Part shown: one piece after another, positions 38,378 to 52,126 of the stretch | How the letters are laid out: every line of letters begins with the position of its first letter | Numbering within the stretch: position 1 is the first letter of the stretch | Assembly (NCBI GenBank): GCA_963752595.1 | Contig: CAVVYZ010000002.1 | Span: forward strand, 64,001-128,000 | Direction of reading: 5' to 3' | DNA: 64,000 nt | Source of the DNA: an uncultured delta proteobacterium | GTDB lineage: Bacteria > Desulfobacterota > Desulfomonilia > UBA1062 | Program-made: the position numbers and the translations under genes | Notes under the pieces: generated by a model | Database searches by the model: none | Seen by the model: the letters and a program-made list of their open reading frames with translations, nothing else | Told to the model about the DNA's origin: nothing

Positions 38378-39636
38378 ATGCGCGTGTATTAATCCTCTGC
38401 AGCATCACCTGTATCTGTCTTATTGCCTGGTACGCATATGTTGAGATGCATCTACCTTCAAGGAAAGGCGGGGAAGTACGGCAGGCGCAGAAACTGTTCC
38501 CCATTGAAAAGAAAGATATCCTCGGCATCACTGTCAGGGGAGACTCCCTGGTATGCCTGGAAAGATACGGATCGGTCTGGTGGATTACTGCACCCATACA
38601 GACCCAGGCTGATCAAAAGGAAGTAGGCAACCTCATCTCTTCCATAATAAACCTGAGGAACGTCCGGTCTCTGGGAGCTGATGACAGACATGGCCAGTTC
38701 GGTCTGGAAATGCCCGGTCTCATGTATGCCTTGCGCACCATGAAGGGTGAGTACATCCTTTCGATCAGCGATAAGACGCCTACCTCCCATTTTTTTTATG
38801 CCAAGGTCTCGGGAAGACCGGATATCATTCTCATTCCTGCTCAGAAGATGGCCGGCCTCGCGAAGGATTTTTTCAGCCTGCAGAATAAACATCTGGTTGC
38901 AATGAGTGAGGTGGATGTGAACAGGCTGAAGTTTGTTAAGCATGGAATGATCGCCGAGTTCATGCGTGATCCATCTGGAATATGGCACCTTTCAGCAGAT
39001 GACGGCAGAAGGGTCGATCAGAAAAGGGTCGGCATGTTTATCCACAATATTTGCGGAAGCGAGGCTCTGGCATACCTCGAGAATCAAGGGGTGCCTGAAA
39101 CCCCGGACGCCGTCATAGAGCTTTCCTCGCCGACACACACAGAAAAGATCGATATCTGGGAGCAGGACGGCAATGTGTATACTGTTGCAAGCCTCAAGAA
39201 AAACAAGGTCCGGATCGATGGTTCTCTCCTGGAAATGATCCCTGTCGAAGCAGGCGATGTACTGGACAAGGCTTTTATCGCACTCGCAGAGAAAAGGGTC
39301 GGCAAGATAGCGCTGTCAGGAAAGGAAGAAAGGGTTTTCTCGAAGCACGGCAACCAATGGTATGCAGGGAAAGAGAAGATAGATGATTCATCGGCATTGA
39401 ATTCCTTTATCAGGCAGTTAAACAGCCTTGAATATGTTGACGAATATTTGAGGATCCCGAAAGAAGCAGGCAGGAAACTGGGTATCCGGATTTACTATGA
39501 GGGCACATCTCCCGCCTTTGACATCACAATATATTCCCAGTATTATGTGACGGTCGGTGGTAAAATCTATCGTATCAATGAAGGTGATATGGAGAATTTG
39601 AGAAAATCAGCGGATGCGCTGTTTGAAGGAGCGTGA
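38374..39636 (+). CDS. DUF4340-like periplasmic protein
   Basis: N-terminal TM, 'W.ITAP...AD', 'FGLE.P', 'DKTP'; usual fourth gene of Gld-like ABC operons. Confidence 0.7.
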   Translation: MNARVLILCSITCICLIAWYAYVEMHLPSRKGGEVRQAQKLFPIEKKDILGITVRGDSLVCLERYGSVWWITAPIQTQADQKEVGNLISSIINLRNVRSLGADDRHGQFGLEMPGLMYALRTMKGEYILSISDKTPTSHFFYAKVSGRPDIILIPAQKMAGLAKDFFSLQNKHLVAMSEVDVNRLKFVKHGMIAEFMRDPSGIWHLSADDGRRVDQKRVGMFIHNICGSEALAYLENQGVPETPDAVIELSSPTHTEKIDIWEQDGNVYTVASLKKNKVRIDGSLLEMIPVEAGDVLDKAFIALAEKRVGKIALSGKEERVFSKHGNQWYAGKEKIDDSSALNSFIRQLNSLEYVDEYLRIPKEAGRKLGIRIYYEGTSPAFDITIYSQYYVTVGGKIYRINEGDMENLRKSADALFEGA

Positions 39637-40185
39637 ATGAGGGAGAATATGCAAGGGAGACGCCCGACGTGGGATGAATATTTCATGATGCTTGCCAAGC
39701 TGACCGCTTCCCGCTCCACCTGTCTGTCGCGCCCCACCGGTGCCGTGGTGGTCAAGGACAGGCAGGTCCTGGCCAGCGGCTATAACGGCTCGCTTCCGGG
39801 TGAGGGACATTGCATGGATGATGGTGTATGCTTCAGGAGGTCGGTCGCCTGGTCCGAGGAGGCCAAGTATGATATGTGCAGATCGGCCCATGCAGAGGCG
39901 AATGCCATAGCGCTCGCGGCAAAAAAAGGGGTTTCCCTCGAAGGCGGAAGCATCTACTGCACCCTCGAGCCGTGCATTACCTGTGCTAAGCTCATTATCA
40001 TGTCAGGGATAAGCAGGGTGATCTTTGAGCATTCCTATGATTCACCCATCCCCGAGCGGGATAAATACTGGAAATCGGTGCTCTCCTCCAGTCACATCAC
40101 TGTGGAGCAGGTTATTTTGAATGATGAAAAACTCCGATATGCAGTCGGATTTCTTGAGGCAGATACATCGAAGAGGAGGATATAA
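39637..40185 (+). CDS. dCMP deaminase (ComEB family)
   Basis: 'RPTWDEYFM', 'RSTC', 'GYNG', 'HAEANAI', 'PCITC'. Confidence 0.9.
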   Translation: MRENMQGRRPTWDEYFMMLAKLTASRSTCLSRPTGAVVVKDRQVLASGYNGSLPGEGHCMDDGVCFRRSVAWSEEAKYDMCRSAHAEANAIALAAKKGVSLEGGSIYCTLEPCITCAKLIIMSGISRVIFEHSYDSPIPERDKYWKSVLSSSHITVEQVILNDEKLRYAVGFLEADTSKRRI

Positions 40186-40186
40186 C

Positions 40187-40771
40187 GTGGTATTGGGGGC
40201 TGACAAGATCGTACGCATGACCAGAGACGGCATACGAGTAGAGGATCATGGTTCCGGGCAATCGGCAATAAAACCATTGATCGAGTATATCGGACAAGAC
40301 CAGATCGAGCAGATCGAGGGGACTACGGCGGATTTGAGGCTTGGCGCCATTTTTCGTCCCGTAGGCTCTGCGCGGCTCATGAGAGACAGCCGCATCACCC
40401 CGAGGATCGAGAAGATCATGGACATCGAGGAATCTCCTGACGGTGTTTACCGCATATCCGGCGGCGAATACCTGCTGTTCCAGACCATCGAGCAGGTCAA
40501 CCTGCCCCATGATCTGTTCGCCTATATCAGGCCGCGCACTACGCTCATCCGGTCCGGAATTCCTCTGGAAACAGCCTTTATCTCGCCCAACTATCAGGGC
40601 AGGCTCACCGTGGGCATGAAGCACCAGGGCATCGGCGAGGTGGAGATCCAGATGGGATTCAGAATTTTATGTATCGCCTTCTACCCCATCGACGGGGAAG
40701 CGGTTCCCTACCGGGGGGTATGGCAGGGAGACAGGGTATCGACAAACGGGGAAGAGGAGAGACCATTTTGA
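40187..40771 (+). CDS. Trimeric dUTPase/dCTP deaminase family protein
   Basis: GTG start after GAGGAGG; 'DLRLG', 'PRTTLIRSG', 'PNYQGRL', 'YRGVWQG'. Confidence 0.8.
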   Translation: MVLGADKIVRMTRDGIRVEDHGSGQSAIKPLIEYIGQDQIEQIEGTTADLRLGAIFRPVGSARLMRDSRITPRIEKIMDIEESPDGVYRISGGEYLLFQTIEQVNLPHDLFAYIRPRTTLIRSGIPLETAFISPNYQGRLTVGMKHQGIGEVEIQMGFRILCIAFYPIDGEAVPYRGVWQGDRVSTNGEEERPF

Positions 40772-41490
40772 AGTATTTCACACGTGAACTGGAGCATATT
40801 GAAAGGTGGAAGGACTTGAGGAAGGAGCTTTTCAGGAATGAAGAACCTGCCGTCAAGCTCATCGGGATGACGACCCCGAGCGAGGAGATGGCCTCCCAGG
40901 GGGTTACGACAGAGACATTGCCCGCATATACGGCCCGTCAGAGTCACGAATCCGACGGTACGTACGAGGATGACCTGAAGCTCAATAAAAAACTCATATC
41001 CTGGGGACACCACACATGTCTGGAAGCCGTGCAGTTCGTTTATTATGTGACGGGGGTATCCAAGTCACTGGCAGGGCAGTGGACCCGCCACAGGATCGGG
41101 ATCGGGTGGACGTTCCGCTCCACCAGGTATGTGAAGGCAAACAAAAACATGTTCATCTATCCGGCGCTGGAGTATATGGATTCGGATGATGCTGTCCGGA
41201 CCGCCTATGGGATCTATGAGCGGGAGCACAAGCGGGCGATGGATGTCTATGATGAGCTGAAAGGACTTGGCGTACGAAACCAGGAATTGCGCAGGCTCAT
41301 GCCGGTGGGCTGGTCAACGGCTGCCTATGTGTATGTGAATGCAAGGTCTTTACGGCACTTCTTTGAGCTGAGGCTGGATAAATCCGCCGAGTGGGAAATC
41401 CGGAGGCTCGCTTACACGATGTTCAACGATGCCATGGGCATCGCACCCACACTCTTTGAAGACCTCACGGGTGATGAAACTTCCGGGTAG
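40768..41490 (+). CDS. thyX: FAD-dependent thymidylate synthase
   Basis: 'GHHTCLE', 'RHRIGIGWTFRSTRY' (RHR-X8-SxR), 'NARSLRHFFELR', 'AEWEIR'; TTG start overlaps the upstream stop. Confidence 0.9.
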   Translation: MKYFTRELEHIERWKDLRKELFRNEEPAVKLIGMTTPSEEMASQGVTTETLPAYTARQSHESDGTYEDDLKLNKKLISWGHHTCLEAVQFVYYVTGVSKSLAGQWTRHRIGIGWTFRSTRYVKANKNMFIYPALEYMDSDDAVRTAYGIYEREHKRAMDVYDELKGLGVRNQELRRLMPVGWSTAAYVYVNARSLRHFFELRLDKSAEWEIRRLAYTMFNDAMGIAPTLFEDLTGDETSG

Positions 41491-41621
41491 GAAGAAAAAA
41501 GAAGAGATATGGACGTGAATCCCATTTGTATGTCGGTTCATCTAAGACAGGCATGGAGATTTTCTTTATCAGGGGACAAGAAGCCGGTACGGTTCAATGC
41601 TAATGCCCCGGTAGGCAGTCG

Positions 41622-42374
41622 ATGAGCAATGAAACCAACCCGAGAGATGACGAAACGCTGGATTCCCTGGTCTGCGGGGGCCTTTCTGTCCTGCAGAAGA
41701 AGCAGGGCTACCGGTACTCTCTGGATGCATATCTTTTAGCCGCCTTTGTCGATGAAAAACCGGGGACCCAAGCCCTTGAAATAGGGTCGGGTTCCGGTGT
41801 GGTGTCGTTGCTTCTTGCTGACGTGAAAGGGCTCGTCATGACAGGGGTGGAAATACAGGATGCCATGGCAGAGATGTCGAGGAGGTCGGTTGAGATTGCC
41901 GGGCTTAAGGACAGAGTGAAGATTGTATGTGCAGATATCAGAGAATACGGCGTGCCGGGAAAGGTGGATGTTGTCGTAACGAACCCACCTTACCGCCCTG
42001 CGCGGGCAGGGAGGATCAATGCTGATCAAAGCAAGGCCCTGGCGCGCCATGAGATATCGCTCGATCTGGAGGCATTGCTGGAGCGTTCGTATGCACTGCT
42101 CAAGCCCGGAGGAAGGTTCTACCTCGTTTATCCGGCATGGCGGATGCCCGATCTCATAAGCGTCATGCGGAATAACAGGATAGAGCCGAAGAGGATCATG
42201 CTTGTTCATTCAACATTGCAGTCATCTGCGGAAATATGCCTTGTATGCGGGATCAAGGATGGGGGAAAGGAGCTTGGTGTTCACAGTCCTTTTATAGTGT
42301 TTGCACAGGAAGGTATGTATACGCCGGAAATGGAGGGTGTTTTCAGAAACCTAAGCCTTCCAAAAAGCCATTGA
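41622..42374 (+). CDS. tRNA1(Val) A37 N6-methyltransferase-like protein
   Basis: 'GYRYSLDA.LLA', 'EIGSGSG', 'NPPY', 'ARHE'. Confidence 0.85.
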   Translation: MSNETNPRDDETLDSLVCGGLSVLQKKQGYRYSLDAYLLAAFVDEKPGTQALEIGSGSGVVSLLLADVKGLVMTGVEIQDAMAEMSRRSVEIAGLKDRVKIVCADIREYGVPGKVDVVVTNPPYRPARAGRINADQSKALARHEISLDLEALLERSYALLKPGGRFYLVYPAWRMPDLISVMRNNRIEPKRIMLVHSTLQSSAEICLVCGIKDGGKELGVHSPFIVFAQEGMYTPEMEGVFRNLSLPKSH

Positions 42375-42435
42375 CCTATAACCCATTTACATGTTGAAAT
42401 GAATAAGATCTATGTCAAGTGAGAAAGGATGAGGA

Positions 42436-43740
42436 ATGAAGGTTGAGATATCAGATGTGGGCAGCACACAGTAAAGAGATGACGGTGGTCGTTCCCAAGC
42501 AAGAGGTGAACGATGTAACAAATGAGGTTTACAAGGACATTTCCCAGAAAGTGATCATCCGGGGCTTCCGGAAAGGCAAGGCTCCGAGAAATATCGTCAA
42601 GATGTACTATGAAGACTACATCAAGACCGAGCTTTCCAAGAAGCTTGTCCAGGAGAAATTCGAGCAGGCGGCAAAAGAAAAAGAGCTCTTTATCGTTTCC
42701 ATGCCGGAGATCACGAACGAACCGCCTCAGGAAAACCAGGATTTTACCTTCACTGCCCGGTTCGATGTGAAGCCTGCCATCACCCCGCAGAAATATACCG
42801 GTCTTTCATTGAAGAAGCCCAAGATCGACGTGGGTGATCAGAATATTCAGGATGTTCTGACCAGGCTCCAGGAAACCTATGCATCCATCCAGGATATTGA
42901 AGATAAAGAGTATCAGGCAGGCAAGGGGGATTATGCCATCGTGGACGTAGTGAGTGAAGAGAATCCCAAACTCAATCGCTCCAAGATGACTGTTGAGGCC
43001 GGGGTAAGAAGCGCCATCCCCGGATTGGACAATGCGGCGCTGGGAATGCATCCCGGCGAGGAGAAGGATGTCGAGGTTACCTTCCCCGAAGACCATTTCA
43101 TGGAAGACATGCGGGGAAGAACGCGAAGGTGAAGGTCAAGGTTGAGGCCATCAAGCAAAGGGAGCTCCCCGAACTCGAACGACGAGTTCGCCAAGACGGC
43201 CCGCCAGGACGTCGGAAGCCTCGACGAGCTCAAAGAGACCATCCGCAAGGACCTTGTGGAGCGCCTCGAGGCCGAAGCCGGAGTTCATCTGGAAAAACAG
43301 ATCAGTGAGCAGCTTATGAAAGAGAATCCATTCGATGTGCCCGAATCCATGGTGAAGCTCCAGGCAGCCATGATGATCCAGGGGATGTCCCAGAGACTGT
43401 CTTCTCAGGGATTCAAGATGGAGGACCTGTATCCCGATACCGACAGCCTCCGGGAAGAGACCATGTCTTCTGCGGAAAACCTCGTGAAGACATCGCTTTT
43501 GATCGAGGCCATCGCAAAAGAGCATGGATTCGAAGCGACGTGAAGAGGATGTTGATGAAGAGATACAGAAACTTGCTCGAGCGGTACAATATGACTCCGG
43601 AATTAGTGAAACAGGGAATGGAGGAACGGGGATGCCTCGAAGAAATCAAGTTTGGTATTGTCGAGAAGAAGGTTTATAATTACATTATAGACAATTCCAC
43701 GGTTGAGGAAGTCGAACAGATACAGGAGAAAGAAGAATGA
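42436..43740 (+). CDS. tig: Trigger factor (about three frameshifts, likely assembly errors)
   Basis: MKVEI start; 'GFRKGKAP' ribosome-binding motif; 'VTFPED'; 'DEFAK'; precedes clpP-clpX-lon. Confidence 0.88.
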
Positions 43741-44363
43741 CGCTGGTTCCGATCGTAGTTGAGCAGACGAATAGAGGAGAGCGATCGTACGATATTTACT
43801 CCCGTTTGCTCAAGGACAGGATTGTAATGCTGAGCAATGAAGTCCACGATGAAATAGCCAGTCTCCTGGTTGCGCAGTTCCTCTTTCTTGAATCCGAGGA
43901 CCCTGATAAGGATATTTACTTCTACATCAATTCTCCCGGAGGGTCCGTGACTGCAGGCATGGCCGTATATGACACCATGCAGTACATAAGACCGAACGTG
44001 AGCACCATATGCATCGGGCAGGCGGCCTCCATGGCTGCGGTACTCCTCGCCGCCGGTGCCCCCGGTATGCGATATGCGCTTCCCCACTCCAGGATCTGAT
44101 TCACCAGCCGCTTGGCGGGGTTCAGGGTCAGGTAACGGATGTGAGCATTCAGGCCCAGGAGATGCTGCGGCTCAAGGATGAGCTGAACAAGATCTTGTCG
44201 CACCATACCAAGCAGCCGATAGAGAAGATAGTCAAAGGATACGGACAGGGACTTTTTTATGACTGCCCAAGATGCGGTAACATATGGTATAACCGATCAT
44301 GTAATATTCAAGAGACCCTCCAAGGAGACACAAGAGGAGAGCATCGATGCCAAAAATAAATGA
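43737..44363 (+). CDS. clpP: ATP-dependent Clp protease proteolytic subunit (frameshifted near 44097 and 44235)
   Basis: '[15 protein letters not shown]', 'YINSPGGS', 'GQAASM'; 'IHQPLGG' lies in the next frame. Confidence 0.9.
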
Positions 44364-45600
44364 TCATTACCGGCCTGGTTTACGCTGTTCCTTCTGTGGG
44401 AAATCACAGGAAGAGGTGAGGAAGCTCATTGCAGGGCCAGATGTTTATATCTGTGACGAATGCATTGCCTTGTGCAATGAGATTCTTGCCGAAGAGGAAG
44501 GCGAATACAGGCATTTCAGCACGTCTTCGAATATCCCGAAGCCGTCCGAGATAAAGGAGATACTGGACGAATATGTCATCGGGCAGGAATATGCGAAGAG
44601 AATCCTGTCCGTTGCCGTTCATAACCACTATAAAAGGATCGAGTCCAATACAAGCATAAACGGCGTCGAGATCAACAAGAGCAATATCATGCTCATCGGC
44701 CCCACCGGCTCCGGCAAGACATTGCTTGCCCAGACGTTGGCCAAGATCCTCGATGTGCCGTTTACCATTGCCGATGCAACCACATTGACGGAAGCAGGGT
44801 ATGTGGGCGAGGATGTCGAGAATATCATCGTAAACCTTCTGCAGAACGCCGATTATGATGTGGAGAGGACCCAGAAGGGAATCGTCTATATCGACGAGAT
44901 CGACAAGATCGCATCGCGCGGGGACAACCCTTCGATCACTCGGGACGTCTCGGGAGAAGGGGTTCAGCAGGCATTGCTGAAGCTCATCGAGGGGACCATA
45001 GCCTCGATTCCTCCCAAGGGTGGGAGAAAGCATCCCCAGCAGGAGTTCATCCAGATCGATACCACGAATATCCTGTTCATCTGCGGTGGTGCCTTTGTAG
45101 GGCTGGACAAGATCATATCCCAGCGCCTCGACAAGAAGACAATCGGGTTCGTCGCGGAGATCAAGGGAAAGAAGGACCGGGATATCGGCGAGATCCTGAG
45201 AAACGTCCAGCCGGAGGATCTGATCAAGTTCGGTATGATCCCCGAGTTCGTGGGCAGGGTTCCCATTGTATCGACCCTCACTGAGCTCGATGAAAACGCA
45301 CTTATCGCTATTCTCACCGAGCCCAAGAATGCACTCGTGAAACAGTACCAGGCCTTGATGAAGCTTGAAGGTGTGGATCTGAACTTCAGCAAGGATGCCC
45401 TGAAGGCCATTGCCGAAGAGGCGATGAAGCGCAAATCAGGGGCAAGGGGATTGCGTTCCATCATGGAAAACATCATGCTCGACATCATGTACGAGATCCC
45501 TGACATGGAAGGAGTGAAGGAATGTATCATCGGTCAGGATGTCATTCTGAATGGAAAGGCCCCGATGATCGTCTATGAGAGGAAGACTTCTCAAGCTTAA
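44347..45600 (+). CDS. clpX: Clp protease ATP-binding subunit
   Basis: 'CSFCGK..CDEC' zinc finger, 'GPTGSGKT', 'GYVGEDVE', 'IGF' loop. Confidence 0.97.
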   Translation: MPKINDHYRPGLRCSFCGKSQEEVRKLIAGPDVYICDECIALCNEILAEEEGEYRHFSTSSNIPKPSEIKEILDEYVIGQEYAKRILSVAVHNHYKRIESNTSINGVEINKSNIMLIGPTGSGKTLLAQTLAKILDVPFTIADATTLTEAGYVGEDVENIIVNLLQNADYDVERTQKGIVYIDEIDKIASRGDNPSITRDVSGEGVQQALLKLIEGTIASIPPKGGRKHPQQEFIQIDTTNILFICGGAFVGLDKIISQRLDKKTIGFVAEIKGKKDRDIGEILRNVQPEDLIKFGMIPEFVGRVPIVSTLTELDENALIAILTEPKNALVKQYQALMKLEGVDLNFSKDALKAIAEEAMKRKSGARGLRSIMENIMLDIMYEIPDMEGVKECIIGQDVILNGKAPMIVYERKTSQA

Positions 45601-45611
45601 AAGTTTAAATT

Positions 45612-47927
45612 ATGGGAAGAGCTTTTTCCGGTAGCGTGTACCCTCTGTTGGTACTCAAGGATATCGTTGTCTTTCCGCACACGATTATCCCGCTCCTCAT
45701 TGAAAATGAGAAGACTGCTGTGTGGGTGAGAGCGACCTTCGATGCCAAGGAGGAGATTCTCGTAAGCTGCTTAAAATCCCAAGGGATTAAAGAAGTTGCG
45801 GGTGACGATATCCACCCCGTGGGCGTGAGAGCCCACATCCTCCAGCTCATTCAGCTTCCCGACGGATCGTTAAAGGTCTTCATCGAGGGGAAGTCCCGCC
45901 AACTCATTACCAGGACCTTCCAGCATGAAGGCATGCTCCTGGCAGAATCTGAAGAAATCTCCGACATTATCCATGAAGACCGGAGGACCGAGGCCTTAAA
46001 GCGGCTTCTCGTAGACGTATTTCAGGAGTATTGCGAGTCCTATAATGTCGATATCCACTCGGATATGATCGCGAAGATCAAATTCCAGGAAGACCCTGGG
46101 TTCGTTGCCGACATCATTGTCTCTTATACGGATCTCAAGACCGACAAGAAGCAGGAAATCCTGGAAGAGAGAAACGTGGATGCCCGCCTGAGCAGGATAT
46201 ACGACTATATCCAGGGCGAACTCGAGATCGCGAAAATCCAGCTCCATTTCAAGGAACAGGTAAAACAGCGCAGTGAATCAACTCGCAAGCACATGCAGTA
46301 TGATCAGGCGCAAGCACAGAAAATGGCTATGGAGTCCATGGATGATGAAGTAGCCGTGATCGAGAAGCAGGTCCGTTCCAAAAATATGCCCCAGCATGCG
46401 AGGGACAAGTGCTTAAGTGAGATCAAGCGGCTGCGCATGATGCCGCCCATGAGCGCCGAGGCAACGGTGATCAGAAACTATGTGGACTGGTATCTTGCCC
46501 TGCCGTGGAACGACATTACCGAAGACAAGAAAGATATCGTCCATGCACAGCAGATCCTTGGTGAAGATCATTTCGGGCTGGATAAGGTAAAGGAGCGCAT
46601 TCTCGAATATCTGGCGGTTCAGCAGCTCGTTGGTGCCGTCAAGGGGCCTATCCTCTGCCTGGTGGGTCCGCCCGGTGTTGGGAAGACATCATTGGGCAGA
46701 TCCATTGCCAGGGCTACCGGGAGAAAATTCGTGAGGGTCTCCCTCGGAGGCATCCGGGATGAGGCTGAGATAAAGGGGCACAGGCGAACCTACATCGGCG
46801 CCATGCCGGGAAAGATCATCCAGGGGATCAGGCAGGCAGGGACTTCGAATCCGGTTTTTCTCCTCGATGAAATCGACAAGATGAGTGTGGATTTCAGGGG
46901 AGATCCTTCCGCTGCGTTGCTCGAAGTCCTTGATCCGGAACAGAACAGTACGTTCAGCGACCATTACATGGATATCGAATACGACATATCCAAGGTCATG
47001 TTCATTACCACGGCGAATACCTCCTATTCCATTCCGGCTCCCCTTCTGGACCGCATGGAGGTTATTCGGATCGAGGGATATACCTCCCACGAAAAGCATC
47101 TCATCGCCAGAGACTTCCTTGTCCCCAAGCAGCTCGGTCTCCACGGCCTGGAAGGGAAAGGCATCTCGTTTATGGCAAAGGCGATCGACACGATCATCCA
47201 TGAGTATACCAGGGAAGCAGGCGTGAGAAGTCTGGAAAAGGAGATATCGTCGATCTGCAGGAAGATCGTGAAAGAGATTGTTTCCCGGAAGAGCGCCGGC
47301 AAAGCACGGAACAGGATCACCGTAAGCAGTGTCTATGAGTATCTCGGTATCCCGCGGTACCGGAAACCCGTCCGGGACGGCAACGATTATATAGGGCTCG
47401 TGAACGGCCTTGCCTGGACGGAGGTAGGAGGAACCCTGCTGACCGTTGAGACAACGATAATGCCCGGAAAGGGAAAGCTCATGCTTACCGGCAAGCTCGG
47501 CGAGGTGATGCAGGAATCGGCCCAGGCAGGGATGAGCTATGTCCGGGCCAGGGCGGAAGAATTCGGTCTCGATGCGGATTTTTATGATAAACTCGATATC
47601 CATGTCCACATTCCTGAAGGCGCTGTGCCCAAAGACGGACCGTCTGCCGGCATTACCATGGCGACTTCCATCGTATCTGCCCTTACCAAGCGGCCGGTAA
47701 GAGGAAGGGTTGCCATGACTGGGGAGCTGACTCTGGGCGGCCGGGTACTGCCTGTGGGAGGTCTCAAGGAGAAGCTTCTCGCAGCAAAAGAGGCTGGGAT
47801 GAAGAAGGTTTTGATACCCCTTGAAAATGAAAAGGATCTCAAGGATACGCCGAAAGAAATTTTAAAGGGTTTAGAGGTTCATATGGTCGAGCATATGGAC
47901 GAGATAATCGCATACGCCCTTAATTGA
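45612..47927 (+). CDS. lon: Endopeptidase La
   Basis: 'GPPGVGKT', 'HRRTYIG', 'PKDGPSAG'. Confidence 0.96.
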   Translation: MGRAFSGSVYPLLVLKDIVVFPHTIIPLLIENEKTAVWVRATFDAKEEILVSCLKSQGIKEVAGDDIHPVGVRAHILQLIQLPDGSLKVFIEGKSRQLITRTFQHEGMLLAESEEISDIIHEDRRTEALKRLLVDVFQEYCESYNVDIHSDMIAKIKFQEDPGFVADIIVSYTDLKTDKKQEILEERNVDARLSRIYDYIQGELEIAKIQLHFKEQVKQRSESTRKHMQYDQAQAQKMAMESMDDEVAVIEKQVRSKNMPQHARDKCLSEIKRLRMMPPMSAEATVIRNYVDWYLALPWNDITEDKKDIVHAQQILGEDHFGLDKVKERILEYLAVQQLVGAVKGPILCLVGPPGVGKTSLGRSIARATGRKFVRVSLGGIRDEAEIKGHRRTYIGAMPGKIIQGIRQAGTSNPVFLLDEIDKMSVDFRGDPSAALLEVLDPEQNSTFSDHYMDIEYDISKVMFITTANTSYSIPAPLLDRMEVIRIEGYTSHEKHLIARDFLVPKQLGLHGLEGKGISFMAKAIDTIIHEYTREAGVRSLEKEISSICRKIVKEIVSRKSAGKARNRITVSSVYEYLGIPRYRKPVRDGNDYIGLVNGLAWTEVGGTLLTVETTIMPGKGKLMLTGKLGEVMQESAQAGMSYVRARAEEFGLDADFYDKLDIHVHIPEGAVPKDGPSAGITMATSIVSALTKRPVRGRVAMTGELTLGGRVLPVGGLKEKLLAAKEAGMKKVLIPLENEKDLKDTPKEILKGLEVHMVEHMDEIIAYALN

Positions 47928-47931
47928 GGTA

Positions 47932-47960
47932 TTGACAGCCCAAATAAATATTGATACTTT
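47932..47960 (+). promoter_or_regulatory. Sigma70 promoter for hup-tRNA
   Basis: TTGACA-N17-TACTTT with extended TG. Confidence 0.55.
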
Positions 47961-48010
47961 CAGTTCACGTTTGGGCATGGGAGAAACTAATCATTTATAG
48001 GAGGTATACA

Positions 48011-48292
48011 TTGACCAAGACAGAATTGATATCAGTTGTGGCAAACAAGGCTGGGTTACCAAAGGCTGCAGCGGAAAAGGCAATAAATGCCACCACCGAG
48101 GCAATCCAGGAGGCACTGAAAAAGGGTGATAAGGTCACTCTGGTTGGTTTTGGTACCTTTGACGTTGCCAAAAGGGCCGAGAGGACAGGCGTAAACCCGA
48201 GAACACGTGCAACAATCAAGATAAAGGCTTCCAAGGCTCCCCGTTTCAGGCCCGGCAAAGCCTTTAAAGAAATCGTAAACAAGAGCAAGTAA
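48011..48292 (+). CDS. hup: DNA-binding protein HU
   Basis: TTG start after AGGAGG; 'TKTELI', 'GFGTF', 'GVNPRT', 'PRFRPGK'. Confidence 0.93.
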   Translation: MTKTELISVVANKAGLPKAAAEKAINATTEAIQEALKKGDKVTLVGFGTFDVAKRAERTGVNPRTRATIKIKASKAPRFRPGKAFKEIVNKSK

Positions 48293-48306
48293 GTCGAACA
48301 GGATCA

Positions 48307-48382
48307 GGGCGGGTAGCTCAGTTGGGAGAGCATCGGCCTTACAAGCCGAGGGTCACAGGTTCAAGCCCTGTTCCGCCTACCA
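48307..48382 (+). tRNA. tRNA-Val(TAC)
   Basis: Cloverleaf; anticodon arm TCGGC-CTTACAA-GCCGA; GTTCAA; CCA end. Confidence 0.95.
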
Positions 48383-48399
48383 TTCTGCTAAGATACTAA

Positions 48400-48476
48400 G
48401 GGGGCGTAGTTAAGTTGGTTATAACGCCGGCCTGTCACGCCGGAGGTCGCGAGTTCAAGTCTCGTCGCTCCCGCCA
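48400..48476 (+). tRNA. tRNA-Asp(GTC)
   Basis: Cloverleaf; anticodon arm CCGGC-CTGTCAC-GCCGG; GTTCAA; CCA end. Confidence 0.95.
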
Positions 48477-48482
48477 ATAGAT

Positions 48483-48525
48483 AAGTCTATACCTCATGAA
48501 AATGAGGTGTAGACTTTATTTTTAT
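48483..48525 (+). terminator. Rho-independent terminator after the tRNAs
   Basis: AAGTCTATACCTCAT-GAAA-ATGAGGTGTAGACTT followed by a T-tract. Confidence 0.8.
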
Positions 48526-48774
48526 TCTGGGGCTGCCCGCATATCTCTACGTGTATAAAGCATCTAACCAATTGATATTATATAATTAATTTAATATATA
48601 CTCTCCGGCTACTCATTGAATACTCCAAGAATATTGCTCGAAATAATCGATAATCCCTGCTAATAGACTGATGCGATATAAAGGATCACATGCCGTCACC
48701 ATTAAAAAATTGATTATATCGCGCGCCGGATTTCCATGAGATAAGGTTCCTTTATTAATGATGGAGTAGTCAAC

Positions 48775-49800
48775 ATGATGAATAATAGATGCATAGCCCT
48801 GTATTCAGGCGGACTTGACAGTATCCTTGCTATAAAGATGCTGCAGGAACAATCCATCGATGTGATCGCTGTCTATTTTTGCACGCCTTTTTTCGGCCTG
48901 CCTGCACTGAACAATCCTGAAGCCTTCCGTGAACTCCAGAAAGAGAAATACGGGATCACCGTTCATCCGACTGATTTCACTAGCGAAATTATCGAGATAG
49001 TGAGCAATCCGAAACACGGGTACGGCAGGCATCTCAATCCCTGTATCGACTGCAAGATAGGTATGCTCAAGAAGGCAAAAACCATGATGGGCTCGCTTGA
49101 CGCTTCTTTTGTGGTAACCGGTGAGGTGCTCGGCCAACGGCCGATGTCCCAGAGGAGGGACGCCATGAATGCCATATTGAAAGAAACCGGCTTGAAAGAT
49201 ATCCTTCTGAGGCCGTTGTGTGCAAGATATATGCAGCCGACTCTTCCCGAGCGTGAAGGCCGGGTTAACCGGGAGCTTCTGGGTGAAATAACGGGAAGGG
49301 GCAGGAAAAACCAGATGGAACTCGCCTTGAAATACGGCATCGGAAAAAGCCAGATTCCATCCCCTGCGGGTGGCTGCTTGTTGACATACGGTCAGATAGC
49401 AAACAAGATTCGCTCGACGTTCAACCGTTTCAAGCCCGGTCTGCCTTCGCCTGCGGATATCATGCTCGACATCGCGGGCAGAAAGTTCATTCTGGATGAT
49501 AAGACGGTTTTCATAGTCTCACGGAGTGAAGAAGAGAACCGGAACTTGTCAACCATGGCGCAGCCGGGCAATGTATTCATGAAGATAGCAGATGTTCCGG
49601 GGCCCTTGTGCATTCAGAGGGGTGATACATCGGAAGAGAATATTAACAGAGCAGCCGGCATCTGCCTGAGATACGGCAAGGCAAGAGGTCTGAGCGGCAA
49701 TGTTGCCGTGTATGGACCTGATCCTTTTTCCATGACCGAAACCGTCAGTGCACCTGTGTTCAGCGATGATTACTGTAAGCTGTTCCAGATTGACTTAATA
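48775..49800 (+). CDS. ThiI/MnmA-like PP-loop tRNA thiolation protein (as assembled, reads through into the DUF2065 gene)
   Basis: 'SGGLDS', 'NPCIDCK', 'GEVLGQRPMSQ', 'PAGGCLLT'; the true end is uncertain. Confidence 0.8.
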
Positions 49801-49818
49801 TTTAATTTCCGCTATAAG
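49790..49818 (+). promoter_or_regulatory. Sigma70 promoter for DUF2065-queA-tgt-yajC-secDF
   Basis: TTGACT-N17-TATAAG. Confidence 0.6.
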
Positions 49819-49827
49819 GCCACAACT

Positions 49828-50025
49828 ATGGAATATTTTTTAAGCGTATTAGGTATGGTTTTTATTATCGAAGCGCTTCCTTACATGGCCTTTCCCGGTA
49901 AGGTGAAGGAATTGGCGAAATTCATCGAGAACATCCCTAATAAAACTTTACAAATCATCGGTATCCTCCTTGCATTATCAGGGGTTGCAATCATTTATTT
50001 CGCACGTAAGGTTATCGGGGCATAA
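49828..50025 (+). CDS. DUF2065 small membrane protein
   Basis: 'MEYFLSVLGMVFIIEALPYMAFPGKVK...LQIIG'. Confidence 0.8.
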   Translation: MEYFLSVLGMVFIIEALPYMAFPGKVKELAKFIENIPNKTLQIIGILLALSGVAIIYFARKVIGA

Positions 50026-50030
50026 ACACT

Positions 50031-52115
<2,085 letters not shown>

Positions 52116-52126
<11 letters not shown>

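Noticed and set aside
11308-47609. Long antisense ORFs (11308-12432, 15898-17016, 32069-32935, 36974-38029, 46689-47609)
   Set aside because: They lie opposite well-supported genes and show no motifs; typical codon-bias shadows.
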